NCBI RefSeq assembly: GCF_025526975.1
Contig: NW_026515677.1
Location: forward strand, 372,001-436,000
DNA from: Fimicolochytrium jonesii
Taxonomy: Eukaryota
Direction of reading: 5' to 3'
Length of the DNA: 64,000 nt
The translations under genes were made by a program, and so were the position numbers. The notes beneath the pieces were generated by a model. It was given only the letters and a program-made list of their open reading frames with translations. It searched no databases and was not told where the DNA came from. This document shows, in pieces, positions 24,520 through 37,400 of this stretch (positions are counted from its first letter, which is position 1; every line of letters begins with the position of its first letter).

Positions 24520-25191
24520 TTGAAATGATGCTGGGACTTCCATCAACTTGTGGACACGTTGCAAACTGGGAACGGCCGCTTGCAACCGGTAGCCTCTCGC
24601 CACAGCCTCGAGCAGCTGCTTTCGCTCCTCTTTCGCTCCTCTTTCTAGGCCGAGACCTGGGTTGGTTGTTGACGATTGAGTGTGACTGGATCGAATGGGT
24701 GAATTCTGGATTCCGAACCGCCTTTCATATGCGCCGTGGTTTATTACACGGCATTTAGCCTTCCGGACATCACGACCCTGATCACGACCGGAGCGACAAT
24801 CGGACACACGCGTGAGTCATGCATGTTGGACTCGCCAGCTGCATGTAGTGTACTCATTCAGAGCTGAGCCTCGTCGGCCCCCTCCTGCCAGTAGTCTGTA
24901 GTAGTTGCCACGGAGAGGGGTCAGTGACTTTCAAGGTGACACATTACCAGCTACCCCCGCGCGTAACTGCTCTTTTGGCCACCCACTGTAAGTTTTCTCT
25001 GCGAGGGAAAGAACCAGAACTTTTCGCAGATTTAATATCGCAATGAAAGCTATTACACATATGAGAGTCGCCTGGGACTGCCACGAACCCATTCGAGATC
25101 CAGGACGAGAAAAACCTGTAGTGACAACAGAAATCACCCTGAAAGACATCCCAAAGGAACCCAAAGTACAAAATGAACTTGAACAGACAAC

Positions 25192-25635
25192 CTACTCCAA
25201 ACCCATCTGGGATGCAATACTCCTTATATCAACATATGCCCCATCTTTTTTAATCTGCCACTCATAATGCACATCCTCCACCGGGACCAGCTCGTTCCCC
25301 CCCTGGTGCTTCACCAAATAGTGCTCAAGCATCTCACGATACTCCTTCTTCATCTTCCTTCCCCGAACGACACCTACGAGATGGTCCAGCGGGTTGCGAT
25401 CGCTGCGATCAATCATGCGGACCTCTGTGCCGACAGGCAGGTAGCCGTCACCGAGCAATGCGCCCTCTGGGTGTTGAGTTGCGAGGGCTTTGAGGGCGGC
25501 TTCGTCGAGGGCGGTGCGGTTCATGTCCCTGAAGTCCATGCAGCAGACGTGGCATCATTCTTGGCGGTGCTGCTTACAGGCGATGAGGATAGCGCCGGTG
25601 CGGCTTGTGATTTCGATGATTTCGGGGGGAGCCAT
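25192..25635 (-). pseudogene. Small Cys/His-motif protein interrupted by one in-frame TGA (25555-25557)
   Basis: MAPPEII..ACKQHRQE*CHVCCMDFRDMN..; the ORFs on both sides of the stop are in the same frame. Confidence 0.55.
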
Positions 25636-26163
25636 TGCGGCTTTGTGTATGGGGTCGAGTGGAAGCTTGAGCGATAAATGGGTTCTTCGGAGAGGACTGT
25701 AGATACGATGTATTGTGTGGCGTGAGGAAAAAAGGAAGAAGTTTTCCACGACGGCCGACCGACTGACAGCTTTATATACTGCTGCCAACGTGGCGCAACG
25801 TAGCGTCATGTCGCCGGGTCCTCAGCGGGTCCTCGGGGTGTACATTGTACACGAGAAGGACAATGCACAGCGATATCCCCGCCAGGAGCTGCTGGGGCGC
25901 TGCGTCCAGAAAGCTCACGCGTCCGCATATTCAAGGCGGTCCTGCTTGCAGCTGCTCTCACTTCGAAAGACTCCCACCGCACAAACCCCCCTGGCCTGTC
26001 CCGCTGTGCTCTCGCAGTAGTCTCGTCTCCGGATATCAGTGCTACCTTGCTCTACCATCCCCGACCGCTGGACGTTCGGCGAAACGCATTTTGCAGGGTT
26101 TCGATTGTCGTTCCGCTAAGGAGGGGCTTCGGTTCTCTTCCACTACTCAGGAAAGCAGCGAAG

Positions 26164-26970
26164 ATGGCAACAGCACCACCAGATCCGACAAGGAAAGCCG
26201 AAGAAGAAGCATACGCCTTCCTCCGGCCTCACCTCCCGCCAATGTCCCCAGCCCCACACAATCAAGAACAACTCCCATTCCTAACCCTCACCTACGCCCA
26301 ATCCCTCGACGGCTTCATAGCCGGTCCCCAAAAGAGGCCGCTAACCCTCTCCTCTCCAAACTCAATGACCCTCACCCACGCCCTCCGCGCCTCTCACGAC
26401 GCCATCCTCGTCGGAGTCGACACCGTCATCAACGACGACCCCAGCCTTACCACCCGCCTTGTCCTCTCCGACGCGTCAGGCAACGAAGCGAGGCATCCAC
26501 AACCCATCATTCTGGACAGCACCCTCCGCACACCCGTCTCTGCGAAACTCCTCAGCATCGATAGAGGCGACGCCCGTAAACCCCTCATTGTCACCACACG
26601 CGTGCATGACCCCGTCCGCCGACATGAACTGACCGAAAAGGGCGTGCAGATACTGGTTGTTGGGGATACCGAAGGCGGCCCCCGCGTGAGTATCCGCAAC
26701 GCGCTAGCGGTGCTGGCGACTGGGTTCAATATCCGTAGTGTGATGGTGGAGGGTGGGGCGACCGTTATTGGGAGTCTGTTGACAAGCATGGATGTGGCCA
26801 TTGATAAGCTTATCGTAACGGTCGCCCCTGTTGCTGTGGGGAATGGCGTGCATGCTATTGGGGCTCAGGAGACAATGGCAGCGGGTGGAGGATTGCTACC
26901 GAAGTTTTCGGACGTGCAGTGGAAGCAGTTTGGGCCGGATGCGGTTATGGTTGCCAAAGTCGAGAAATAG
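26164..26970 (+). CDS. RIB7: Riboflavin biosynthesis pyrimidine reductase (RibD C-terminal type)
   Basis: PFLTLTYAQSLDGFIA, MTLTHALRASHDAILVGVDTVINDDPSL, SVMVEGGATVI. Confidence 0.92.
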   Translation: MATAPPDPTRKAEEEAYAFLRPHLPPMSPAPHNQEQLPFLTLTYAQSLDGFIAGPQKRPLTLSSPNSMTLTHALRASHDAILVGVDTVINDDPSLTTRLVLSDASGNEARHPQPIILDSTLRTPVSAKLLSIDRGDARKPLIVTTRVHDPVRRHELTEKGVQILVVGDTEGGPRVSIRNALAVLATGFNIRSVMVEGGATVIGSLLTSMDVAIDKLIVTVAPVAVGNGVHAIGAQETMAAGGGLLPKFSDVQWKQFGPDAVMVAKVEK

Positions 26971-27449
26971 CGAGTTCCGAGGAGAGATTATACCGTCGAA
27001 TTGTGGGTTAGCCTCACCCAACGCGATTTCGGCCGCCACGTACGGCATCCGCTGGCGAGCTACCCGGTCATGCTTCCCGACCTTGCAGTTCCACAAAGCT
27101 TGCACCCACATGTCCTTGCGCTCCCTGTGGAACTGGAACGCGCAAACCCCATTGGACAGCGCGGAGAGGAGTTCGACGACAGGCCGGTGCATTGCCTAGT
27201 TCAAGGCCGACTGGGATTTTCTCGCAGCATGTCTTAGTCGACAACAGCCCCGTTGGCGTGAAGGATGCAGGGACGTGTGCCGCACATGAGCCGGGGAATC
27301 GAGTTCTCTTTTATCGCACACCCCAATAATCCACTCGCCAAATGACTCGACCAAATGAAGCGCGTGGGTCAAAACTGTATTTTATGTGTATCTGGGGAAT
27401 CGTTTCTCGGTCGTCCTTTCTCACCCCCCTCCTTCCCCGCGCCAACCCT

Positions 27450-28964
27450 TCACCAATCCCTCCCATTGCGCGCCACCCTCACACTCTTCCTAAGCACCCA
27501 CGCATCCGGGGGCTGCACATTGTTCTTAATATAATAGTCCTTGACCATCGTCGCCTTTACAAACCCATGCCGCTCATAAAACCTCAACGCCTGCGTATTA
27601 CTCGTCTGCACATGCAGCGCCAACTCCACCACCCCGGCATCCTTCCCCGCGGCTTCCTCCACCCTCCCCAACAACGCCGACCCAACCCTCAACCGCCGAT
27701 ACGGCGACAACACCCCCAACGTCATGATATACACCCGACAATGCCTGGGGTCGTGCCGCGGGTCGGTGGCGGGGTACAGCGGCTCCTTGCGGCAGGAGAT
27801 GGCGCCGATGGGCAGCCGCTCGAGGAAGGCGAGGCAGCTGAGGTCGGCTGGGTGGACGTGAAGGACGTCGCGGTAGAATTTGTCGTTGTAGCGGACGGGG
27901 AAGAGGAGAGAGTTGAGTTGGCGGAGGCGGGTGATGTTGGATTCGGTTATGGGGTGGTATTGGATGTTTTGGAGGGTTGGGTGGGGGAGGGAGGGGTGGG
28001 CGCGTTGGTGCTGGCGTTTTTGTTCGTCTTGGTGGTCTTGGTGGCGCTCTTGTTCACTTTGTGGTTGTTGTTGCTGGTACGTTGGTTGCTGTGATGATAA
28101 TCGCTGTCGTTCTTGATGAGGCGGAGGCGGCGACCATGGCTGTGACGGAATCTGTTGAGGCTGTTGCGTTTGTGGTAATGGTGGCGGCTTATAAACTGCT
28201 TGGGGCGTGACGGGAGGGTACTGGAAGGTTGTACCGTTGCTCGCACGAGTACCAATGCCATTCGATGCGAATGTATTCACCGTCGCGAACGGAGTCGACG
28301 GGGCGGCTATGGAGGCCGGTTCACCGTAATCAACAGCAGTCTGAACATTCCGCGCCGCATCGAGAGTGAGCGAAACCGCCACCATCTTCTCCCCACCCCC
28401 ATCAATCGCCCCTGTACTTGTAATCACCCCCTCATGCCGATAGGCCCCACCCCCACGCGTCGCCGTTATCGCCTGCTGCTGCTGCTGTTGCTGATCACCC
28501 CCAGCCGACTGCTGACTCCGATTCAACCACGTCAACAGCGTCGTGCGCCCGGACCTCTGATGCGCCGCCGCGATCTCCGAGACGCTTTCCCGCACCGAGC
28601 TGCGGTGCTTGCGCGTGGCGGGCACTTTGGCGGCTGGGCTCGGACGCGTGGCACGGGGGATGCAGGATGGGGTAGGGTGGAGGACGTCCAGCGTTAATTG
28701 CCGTGTGCCGCCTGTGGTGGCGTGTGACGACGTCTTCCCGGATGAGTGTTGACCGGGTGGCGTCGGGATCGGAAGCTCCGCGTCCAGGGTTAGCATTCCC
28801 TGCTTCGTGTGTCCGGCCCCCACTGCGATTCGGACGGCCGCTACGAGACTAGAAATGGCTTTCCTGCTGACTCGCTCGATAACACCGAGTGCGGGATAGT
28901 GGAAGTTTCGCCGCGAGCCGTCGACTACACAGAAACTAACGTCACCTCCTGACACCGACGTCAA
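27450..28964 (-). CDS. N-alpha-acetyltransferase 50 (NatE)-like GNAT with long Q/P-rich N-terminus; start uncertain
   Basis: LRQLNSLLFPVRYNDKFY, VYIMTLGVLSPYRRLRVGS, LHVQTSNTQALRFYERHGF, YYIKNNVQPPDAWVL. Confidence 0.85.
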   Translation of the reverse strand: MTSVSGGDVSFCVVDGSRRNFHYPALGVIERVSRKAISSLVAAVRIAVGAGHTKQGMLTLDAELPIPTPPGQHSSGKTSSHATTGGTRQLTLDVLHPTPSCIPRATRPSPAAKVPATRKHRSSVRESVSEIAAAHQRSGRTTLLTWLNRSQQSAGGDQQQQQQQAITATRGGGAYRHEGVITSTGAIDGGGEKMVAVSLTLDAARNVQTAVDYGEPASIAAPSTPFATVNTFASNGIGTRASNGTTFQYPPVTPQAVYKPPPLPQTQQPQQIPSQPWSPPPPHQERQRLSSQQPTYQQQQPQSEQERHQDHQDEQKRQHQRAHPSLPHPTLQNIQYHPITESNITRLRQLNSLLFPVRYNDKFYRDVLHVHPADLSCLAFLERLPIGAISCRKEPLYPATDPRHDPRHCRVYIMTLGVLSPYRRLRVGSALLGRVEEAAGKDAGVVELALHVQTSNTQALRFYERHGFVKATMVKDYYIKNNVQPPDAWVLRKSVRVARNGRDW

Positions 28965-29879
28965 AACAGGGTAACCTGTGGCCTCAGTTTATGCAACTCC
29001 TCAAAACTGAGTGCCGATATGCAGTCCTGCCGAGCGTGATCGTCGTCGTCGTCGTTGTGTCCAGCTTGGGCCAACTGTGCTGGAGGGGCTGAAATCGGAA
29101 ACTGAGCAGTGTCCCCGGATGTCAAGTTAAAAATACACTTTCGAGACCGTTGCAGTTGGGAGTCCGTAGGTTTATTGACAGAGCTTACTAGTGGTACAAT
29201 GAGGGAGTGCACCACCACCACCTCACCACGCCCTGTGCAGTCTTGCAAGGTGTTGGAAGTTGAAGTTTGGCTGTACATGTAGCCTGTTCTCTCCTGTTCT
29301 CTCTGCGCGTTGGCGCGTCGCACTCGTGAAGGCGTGCATCGCTTTCGCCATCTGCGTCGCTGTTCGATGTGATGGGTATGGTCACCTTGGACAGCGCTAT
29401 CATCTGTAACCATGTACATACATCCTGCATGTGCAGGGAGCGCAAGAACTTTCCGATGCATACAAAAATGGATTGCGGGGGCCGGCCTTTGTACTGTACA
29501 TGATGAATGGCCATCGAAGAAGGCCAAGCACGTTTTGCAATGGATGTGACAGGTAACCCCACCTGCTGCCCTAAGAGCGCTTGGTGCGCTTTGATTCAGG
29601 GCGACTTGTGAGAGATGTGTTCCGCTTGTGGCGAAACATGAAGAAATCTGCAATTTGATGTGTGTTTCTCCCCATATGCGAAATATTCAGGGAAGACGTC
29701 CAATCCAAGCCACATCGCCAGTCTCGTAGCTCATTCCATGCAATCGTGGGTCCATGCCATCCATCCTTTGCCACCACAGAGCAAGGAAGAGAGAAGCGCC
29801 GATGGATATCTGTTCCCAGATTACATACAAGCAGACTTCCTTGGGAACTCTACTTTCCGAGTCTATGTTGAATCTATGG

Positions 29880-30362
29880 TTACAAAGGCTTCTCTAAGAA
29901 CACATTGCAGTCCAAAGCGCCACCATTAGCCTCGCTCTCCAAATAAGGTCCAAACGGTCCCCTGTAAGAAAATCCCGCTCGCTGATACAGTCCAATAGCC
30001 TCGGTCTGCTGCGTCCCCGTCTCGCAACGTACGATCGGCACACCGTTTTCCTTCGCAGCTTCGAAAACTCGTTCAAGCAGTTTCTTCCCAAGCCCAAAAC
30101 CCCTGTAGACCGGCCGGACGTACATGCGCTTGAGTTCGCCGTACTCGTTGTCGGGAAATATCTTGAGTCCCACGCATCCTGCGGCTTGCTCGTCGACTCG
30201 AATGACGAAGAACTTTACGCCGTCTTTTACGAGGGTGTGGACGTTGGCGCCATAGCGATTTTCGGCGGGGTAGAGGGAGGCGAGATGCTCTTCTAGCTCG
30301 TCGATGAGCGCTCGCGCGTCCGCTGTTGTGGGGCTTTCCTCTACGATTGTGATGTTGGTCAT
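29880..30362 (-). CDS. Small intronless GNAT acetyltransferase of bacterial type
   Basis: GELKRMYVRPVYRGFGLGKKLL, RCETGTQQTEAIGLYQRAGF, GPFGPY..VFLEK. Confidence 0.9.
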   Translation of the reverse strand: MTNITIVEESPTTADARALIDELEEHLASLYPAENRYGANVHTLVKDGVKFFVIRVDEQAAGCVGLKIFPDNEYGELKRMYVRPVYRGFGLGKKLLERVFEAAKENGVPIVRCETGTQQTEAIGLYQRAGFSYRGPFGPYLESEANGGALDCNVFLEKPL

Positions 30363-30978
30363 AGCTTGGGGGAAAAGTGAACGGGAACGCGAGGCCAGAT
30401 TTTGCAGCTTTTTATTGGCATTGGCACAGGTAAGGCGCGGTTATCGCTGGCGCCAACTGCCTAAAACAACGAGAACGCACGACTTGGACGACAAATTGGA
30501 AGTGAATCATCTGATTTCAAGGACAGAGAAGATACTCTAGATGCCATGCACACTCTCACACTACTCATCCAAAGAACTCCCCGAAACGCCCTCGCCCAGC
30601 AGCCAATGAATAGCCCCATACCCTTCTCTTGGATCTCCCTCCGTGATGCACCTCGGAATGGCCCAGAGCAGTCTCGCAAAGGCCGTCTCGTCCCACGCAT
30701 AGTCCTCACGCAAATGAAGCTTTTCCATGACCTCCATCAAAACCGACTGAACGCAGCGACCAACTCTGCGTATACCACCCCCCTCAACCCAGTCTTGTTC
30801 ACAGCGTAACAAGAGATGGCCATCACAATCCAATTTCAAGTTAAGATTCTCGTCGTCGTCGTGTGTCCAAGTCACTTGCCCGTGGTAGCGGAATTTCAAG
30901 GATGCATCGTTTCGCTGGGAGAAAATTCACCGTCAGTGCAGTGCACTCTGGTGTGTGCATCAATCATGAAGCTGTTGG

Positions 30979-32326
30979 TTACCGTACCTTCAATCGGAAG
31001 TGCACGTCGCAAATGTAACCATTGATCCCGTAATCCGAATAGGCTGAGTAGGAGTGGGGCCCGTGACGTACGTCAATCGCGGTGATTTGCACCGATTGAG
31101 TACTAAAGGCCAGGGCGCCCGGTAGAGCCTTCTCCAAGGCGTCCTTACAGTCCTTGAACCGCGGTGGCGAATCATATTTCCGTTGAGGGTCAGCGTCGCT
31201 GTTGTTCAAGAGCTCAAACGCTCGAGGTAAGGTGTTCTTCATCTGAACACGGCCCTGCAATTGTGCAAGTTCGAAGAGCATCCCTTCGCGGACGGCTTCG
31301 AACCACGTTTCTTTGCGATGCTGTTCAAGGTCGTGTACGGCTGCGATTGTGGCCACTTCGTACGAGGTTCTCCCACCTCGGGTGCCTCGGGGGACGTACG
31401 GCACCGCAACACCATCAACATCCATGCTAAGCACCTCTCGAAAGACATCGAACGCCTCGAGTTTTTGAAACGGATCCTCTGTGAAGACCTTTCGAATCAA
31501 ATCCCATACTTCAGTCGTCCCCAATCCAAACCGCTGTTGCATGGATTCGTCCAACGCCATCTTCCGATATCTCAGGCTGTCCGTCGGATGCTCCTTCAGC
31601 ACCGACGCGATTTGCAGAATACCTTTCCCGTCGTCTTGATCAATCGATATGGACAGATAGTGGTCAACCTCTTGATATCTACGAATGTAGCCGCTTCCCT
31701 GCTCATATCTCAAAACAAGCGCTGTCGCGCCAGGTCGGGGGATCTGCAAAACGATGATGTCCTCAGCGGCAGACTCAGACTGCTCCAATTCGCGGGACCT
31801 TTTGTAAAGGCACGTCCATCCTTGAGGCAGCTCGGGGCTATATTTGGCGCCCTAAACGGAGAAAAACGTCAAACGCATAGCGTACGACGGGAACTACAAA
31901 TGGATATATAAGTACTTCGAGACGGGCACGGATAGCCTCCAGTGACGGGGCTGGTGCAGACGCCTTCTCCACTGCCGTTTCTCCCGGAGAGGTGAGAATA
32001 TCTTCCAATTGCTCACCCTCAGGAGAGTCGTCCGTGTCCGGGTCGCCCTCATTGAAAACCAGAACACCGTTCGCAAAGGCCGCCCACCCTGGTGCGGAAG
32101 ACGTGCCAAAACTTTCCACTTCGTCCTCTTCCTCCGGTTCAGCGGACTCATAGTCGCCTTCCAACAGAAAATTGCGAAAAGTAGTGACTATTTTGAAAGG
32201 CTTGTAAGCCGCTCCTAACGATTGGAGTACTTTGGACGCTTGCAGGAGGCGCCCGCACGTCTCAAGCGGGAGCCATCCGAGTACGATGAGGAGAATTTCC
32301 TCAGGCAATGTTTCGAGCACGGGCAT
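30979..32326 (-). CDS. F-box domain protein, 2 exons
   Basis: LETLPEEILLIVLGWLPLETCGRLLQASK; a GT-AG intron at ~31915-31852 joins the two ORFs in frame. Confidence 0.7.
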
Positions 32327-32612
32327 TTTGGCGTAACGGGTGGCGGGCTTTAAATACGGTTGACAATGTCTGGATACTGGGTGCACCCACTTCCAACCTC
32401 AAATCTCAGGGTCCACGGTACGCAATCGAAGGGAATCGGCTCGGCACATAGTAGGGCGGGGAATGGGCGGGGAAGCACATCGTGTTTGTCGCGTAGACTT
32501 CCCAGCTTCCCAACGCAAAGCTCAATACGCTCCATGTCTGTGGAGTGCACCACTGCCACCACATCATTGCCCCTTAGTTAGCCAAGATAGTTTGACTTTG
32601 CGATAAGCAAAC

Positions 32613-33986
32613 ATGGCTTCCAACGGCTCGTTGCGAAACGTCAAAGGAACAAGCGAAAATGGAACCCAGAAGTATGGTCTCTTCATTCGCGACACAAAGT
32701 CGGCCAAACCACAGGCGAAAACCGGAACGCAATTCTCTTTGGGCAAGAAGCTCTCTGTAGCCAAAGCCTTCAACGCCTCCGATTCCGACTCCGACTCGGA
32801 CAAACGTACCGACCAAGGGATCACATCCTTTGGAGGGTCTTCTTCCTCTTCGGCCTCTGCAGCCGCAAAAGCAGCGCGGGATGAACAAAAACGTGTGAAT
32901 TTGGAGTTGAGGGCGGTGCAGGCTAAAGGAGACAAGCGGGCTGAGGAGGCGCATAAGAAGGCTTTGCAACAGGATGCGAGTGTGTTTGATTATGACGGCG
33001 TATATGATAGCTTGAAGGAGAAGGAGATAGCTGTCAAGAAGGGAAGGGATAACCCTGATGGGGGGGCTATCAAAAAGGTGGGTTTACACCAATTCACAGT
33101 GGAAGTGGTGGGCATTAAACTGACGCATCCTCTTTTTCCACAGCCACGATACATGGAAGCTCTTATCAAGGCCTCCGCACAACGTAAGATCGACCTGGAG
33201 CGAGCCGAGCTCCGTAAGGTTCAGCGCGAACGCGAGGAGGAAGGCGAAGAGTTTGGCGACAAGGAAAAGTTTGTTACTGGCGCATATAAGCAACAGATGG
33301 CAGACCTGAAGAAGATCGAAGAGGAGGAGAAGCGGCGAGAGGCAATGGAAAAGGATGTCACAAAGGGTGGAGATTTGACAAGCTTCTATAGGGACATTCT
33401 GAATCAAAGGGATCCGACCCTGGTGGTGCCGAAAGCTAAGGAGGAGCAAGCTGTCGTGAAGATAGGGGATGGTAGTATAGCAGCCGACAGGGATACGAGT
33501 CATGATAGGAACCCAACCGAAGCGGATGATGAGGACGAAGCGGAAGCCCAACGGACGAAAGACGCAATCGCAAAAGGGTTGATCCAAGTCAACGACTCTA
33601 ACGAAGTCGTCGACAAGCGCCAGCTTCTAGTCGGCGGCCTGAATGTCTCCTCCCGCTACATCAAGCGCCAGCAACAAGAAAAGGAAGAACGAGATCGCAT
33701 CCAACGGGAGAGAGAAGCCCAAGAGCAACTCCGCCGCGCCGAGGAACAGAAGCGCGCACAGGAGCGCAATGCCTCCCGGGAGCAGCACGCGAGAGCACGC
33801 GAGATGGTCCTGCGCCAGCAGAGGGAAAAGGAGGACGAAAGCAAAAAGAGGAAGGAGATGGAGCGGGAGGAGTTGGAGAAGAAATTGGCGAGGAAGACTA
33901 CTGAAGATACGGTCTCGGATGCTAGGGCGAGATACCTGGCGCGAAAGAAGGCGCAGCCCGTTCGCGAGGAATCAGATTCGGATTAG
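32613..33986 (+). CDS. Nuclear speckle splicing regulatory protein 1 / CCDC55-like
   Basis: KYGL, DASVFDYDGVYDSLK, PRYMEALI, EREEEGEEFGDKEKFVTGAYK, DARARYLARK; in-frame 66-nt intron 33078-33143. Confidence 0.88.
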   Translation: MASNGSLRNVKGTSENGTQKYGLFIRDTKSAKPQAKTGTQFSLGKKLSVAKAFNASDSDSDSDKRTDQGITSFGGSSSSSASAAAKAARDEQKRVNLELRAVQAKGDKRAEEAHKKALQQDASVFDYDGVYDSLKEKEIAVKKGRDNPDGGAIKKVGLHQFTVEVVGIKLTHPLFPQPRYMEALIKASAQRKIDLERAELRKVQREREEEGEEFGDKEKFVTGAYKQQMADLKKIEEEEKRREAMEKDVTKGGDLTSFYRDILNQRDPTLVVPKAKEEQAVVKIGDGSIAADRDTSHDRNPTEADDEDEAEAQRTKDAIAKGLIQVNDSNEVVDKRQLLVGGLNVSSRYIKRQQQEKEERDRIQREREAQEQLRRAEEQKRAQERNASREQHARAREMVLRQQREKEDESKKRKEMEREELEKKLARKTTEDTVSDARARYLARKKAQPVREESDSD

Positions 33987-34405
33987 CGTAGGCTATGGGG
34001 GATATAGATTTAACGCTCTGACGGGGAGGTGTTCTCTTTTTGGTAAATGAACTTGTTTTTCACCGCATTGGTGAGAACGTCTTGCACAGTGATAGGGTCC
34101 ACTTGCGCTCAGGCTCCTTACACTTCACTTACCTCAGCTGCTGGAAAACCCGTGAAAGGCGATTTATGCAAATGACCGGCATATTAAGGTTTCCGGTGTC
34201 GAAAATATGGCATCATGAAGAAACTTGCGGCACGCATCCAGCATTCCTCCGAAAATTACAGTAGCCCCACCCCTCTCGTCTATTTAGATGAGTTATAAAA
34301 CAATGAGAAGGTATTTACAAGAAATTAATGCACAGGAAGGAATGAGAATGGGGCGGGTCACCAGCGTCAGACGTTACAGTAATCAAAGCGAGGAGACGTG
34401 CCAGG

Positions 34406-37400
34406 TCATGAGGTGTCCGTCGATATAGAGTTGACGGTAGGACCACCGAGCAAGTTTCGGAGCAGATCCCGTAATGGATCGAGGCTTGGCCAGCGTTGCG
34501 GAAAGAATTCCAAAAAGTATGTAAAAATGTTGATCTGCAGCAGGAGGGAAACTCATGAGAAACGTTGGAAGAAACGGCGATTCATCCCCAGTCTGAGAGG
34601 TACACTTACCCATTTGGTCAAGTATGGCGGCCATGCAGTAACTGCTGCCGGCGCTCGCTCGCGGAATGCCGATTTCCCAAACAGGGAGCTAAATTTTCAT
34701 ACGAGGAATGTTAGTCGATGGACCTCAAAATCAGCTTCATTTACATTCAACATACCTGAAGAGAAGCTGCGCGAGATGAGCGTAGTTCTCCGCCGCATGC
34801 TCACGCGTGCCGCAATACACGAGTTGATCCACAATGTAAATATATCGGAACAGGAGGTCGGGGTATTCCTGAAAATATGCGAACCGGGATCAATACAAAC
34901 GCCAGGCTGCAATATGGGTGGTATTCACGTATCCTAAAACTTACTGCTGCGACTGGCGCGTCAGGCTCGGGTGGGTTGAAGAGATCAGAGGCGTACTGCA
35001 GGTCCCGGAGAAGCCGGACGATCTGGCTTTCCAATATCGCGTAAGAATGCCGTGAACCGGACGCAGACTGGGTTCGAAGGAAAAATAAGTACCACTGAAC
35101 TGGGTATCGAGGTCAATGCAGCTAGACGAACCTGGAACTCGAGGAACTGTCCAAAACTGAGCTTCAGTACCACGAAGGTCTTCTCGCGTGGCCGGTTGCG
35201 ATTATACACCGTAAAGTGCTCCACGATGTATTTCTCCTGCAATGGTTGCTTTCCATCAATGAATGTTTACACGGTTGCTCATTGGCCAGTTGATGCAGAC
35301 TCACCCTCCGCAAATGCGAGATGTGCTTGAGTAATGCTTCCATATTGGGGACGACCCGCAAACTCACAAACTTCTGAGCTTCGATCCCAAATTGCAGTGT
35401 TTGCTTGTTGCGGCTTGGCGATATTGCGTTCGTTGAATTTGCCGAGTTCTGAACGACTGACTCCACTCTGGCGTCGCTCTCCTTTGCGTGGCTTTGCTCT
35501 GGTATGCATTCGACGGTGAAATACTGGCTGTCGTTCATAACGCAGCATTCCATGGGGTCTGTAAGTAGATTGGCAACTTCCAGCGTTCCTTCCAGAGGTA
35601 GCAGTTGAATGGACCACTGTTCATCCTCTCTACTTATCGCTTCCGTCGTCAAGTGCTTTCGACGCATGATCCCGCGGAATGTGAATGAGGTTTGCGACAG
35701 CAGCAGCTGAGGTTGGTAGCAAATGCAGCGCAGTGGAATAATCTTCTGGTAGTCCTTCACGAGTCGACAATTCACGTAAATCTCGATCGTCTTCTCGAAA
35801 GGAACATTCGCCGCGGCCAATGTCGTCGGGAAACGATTCTGCACTGCTGTTTCGTCGACTTCGGAGCGCCTCATGACCATCTCGATAGACGGCCGCAAAC
35901 GTACGTAAATCCGGGCTTGTGATTCCGCCTCTATGATGATGCTTCGAAAGAGTTTTGCAGTCGTCCGAGAGAGGGAGAAGAGCAGGTCCGTGTCATCATC
36001 TGGCGAGAGACTGCTGTGGATGGTAAACTCGAGAGGCACTGCCTCTCTATTGCAGATAATCATGCTCCGCGCCACGTACTCGGTCTCGAAGTAAACTGGG
36101 TCCATGACGAAGGATGTGACGCTCGAGTCCGCGCCGTGGACGTACACGTCGAAAACGCGATTCGAGGCGGGCTCGACAGGCACCGCGCTGCTTACGTTGC
36201 CTGCATATGCTGTTGATGCAGCGGTACGCCGGACATTCTGTCGCGCAACGATTTCCGTGGATACGCGGACGGTTTTGATGTCAGCTGGATTGTCCAGGTT
36301 CTCGATGAATATGTACGTGGTATAGACGCCTCTTGTGTGCGTTGCTACGTTGACAGACACGGTGTGCGCTTCTCGATGTTTCTCTATACCGACCCCAACG
36401 CGTCCACCGCCCTCCAAGGTCCCTTCATTCCGGCTAAACGACAGCCACGATCGCTCCGCGTCATTCAGTATCCTGATCCTGTAGGATACCCTTTCTGATG
36501 ATGGATTCTCCAGCGATAACTTCTTGACGGCTATAGGAGCCCCGAGGTCTTGTTGTCCAAAATCTAGCTCATAAAGTATATCGAGTTCGTGACCGCCTTT
36601 CGTCTCGGAAAGACGTTTGCAGCCTCGCAACGAAAGCACAGCATGGGAGCGTCGCACGTGAGGTACTGGAGAGGCGACGGTATCGATTTGATAGGACTTC
36701 GTCGAAACGGACACTGACCCCCGGTCTGTTTCCCTCAATGAAGAAGATGACATCGCATCAGAGAAGATATTGTCATCCTCCTCATCCAATGATGAGCTGG
36801 GATCCTCCATCGGGGTTCTTCCGGTGATGGTTGCGGTCAGCGGAGTTGACTCGGAAGCATCGTTGACGAAAAGGGTTTCGGCAATTTGATCTTCCTCCCC
36901 CTCTTCCGCCGGCAGCGGGGCGGATGTGTCCTCCACGATGGAAACATAAAGGACTTGTGCTCGCAAACTTCGAGACTTGACATCCGACACCAGAACGCGA
37001 ATGTCATCGGAGACTCCTCCAATCTTCGGGTTCAACAGCTCGAATAATAGGGGAAAGCGGCCACCGGGGGGAACCTTTCCTGTCATGTTTTCACTTAGAG
37101 TGGGAGCTTTCAACACGCTCATTCCGTTGGGCAGCTCCAGGGGAAACTCGAAAGTGACTCGGAACTCGAGTTCAGACGTATTCGACAGGTTGGTGACATA
37201 GACAATCTCCTTCTGTGTCCGGGTTCGCTCTGCCAATCCTTGTTTGCCCGAAGCGTCATCCCCTCGTAAAATGTCCGTCGAGGACCGGCGCTCCGCCCAT
37301 GGGTCTGCTTCGTTAGTTTCTGAAGCTTCTTCATCATCGCTATCGGACGCCATGAAGATACGGAATGTTATTTGCTCTTCCGACAACGTGAATGTCTGCC

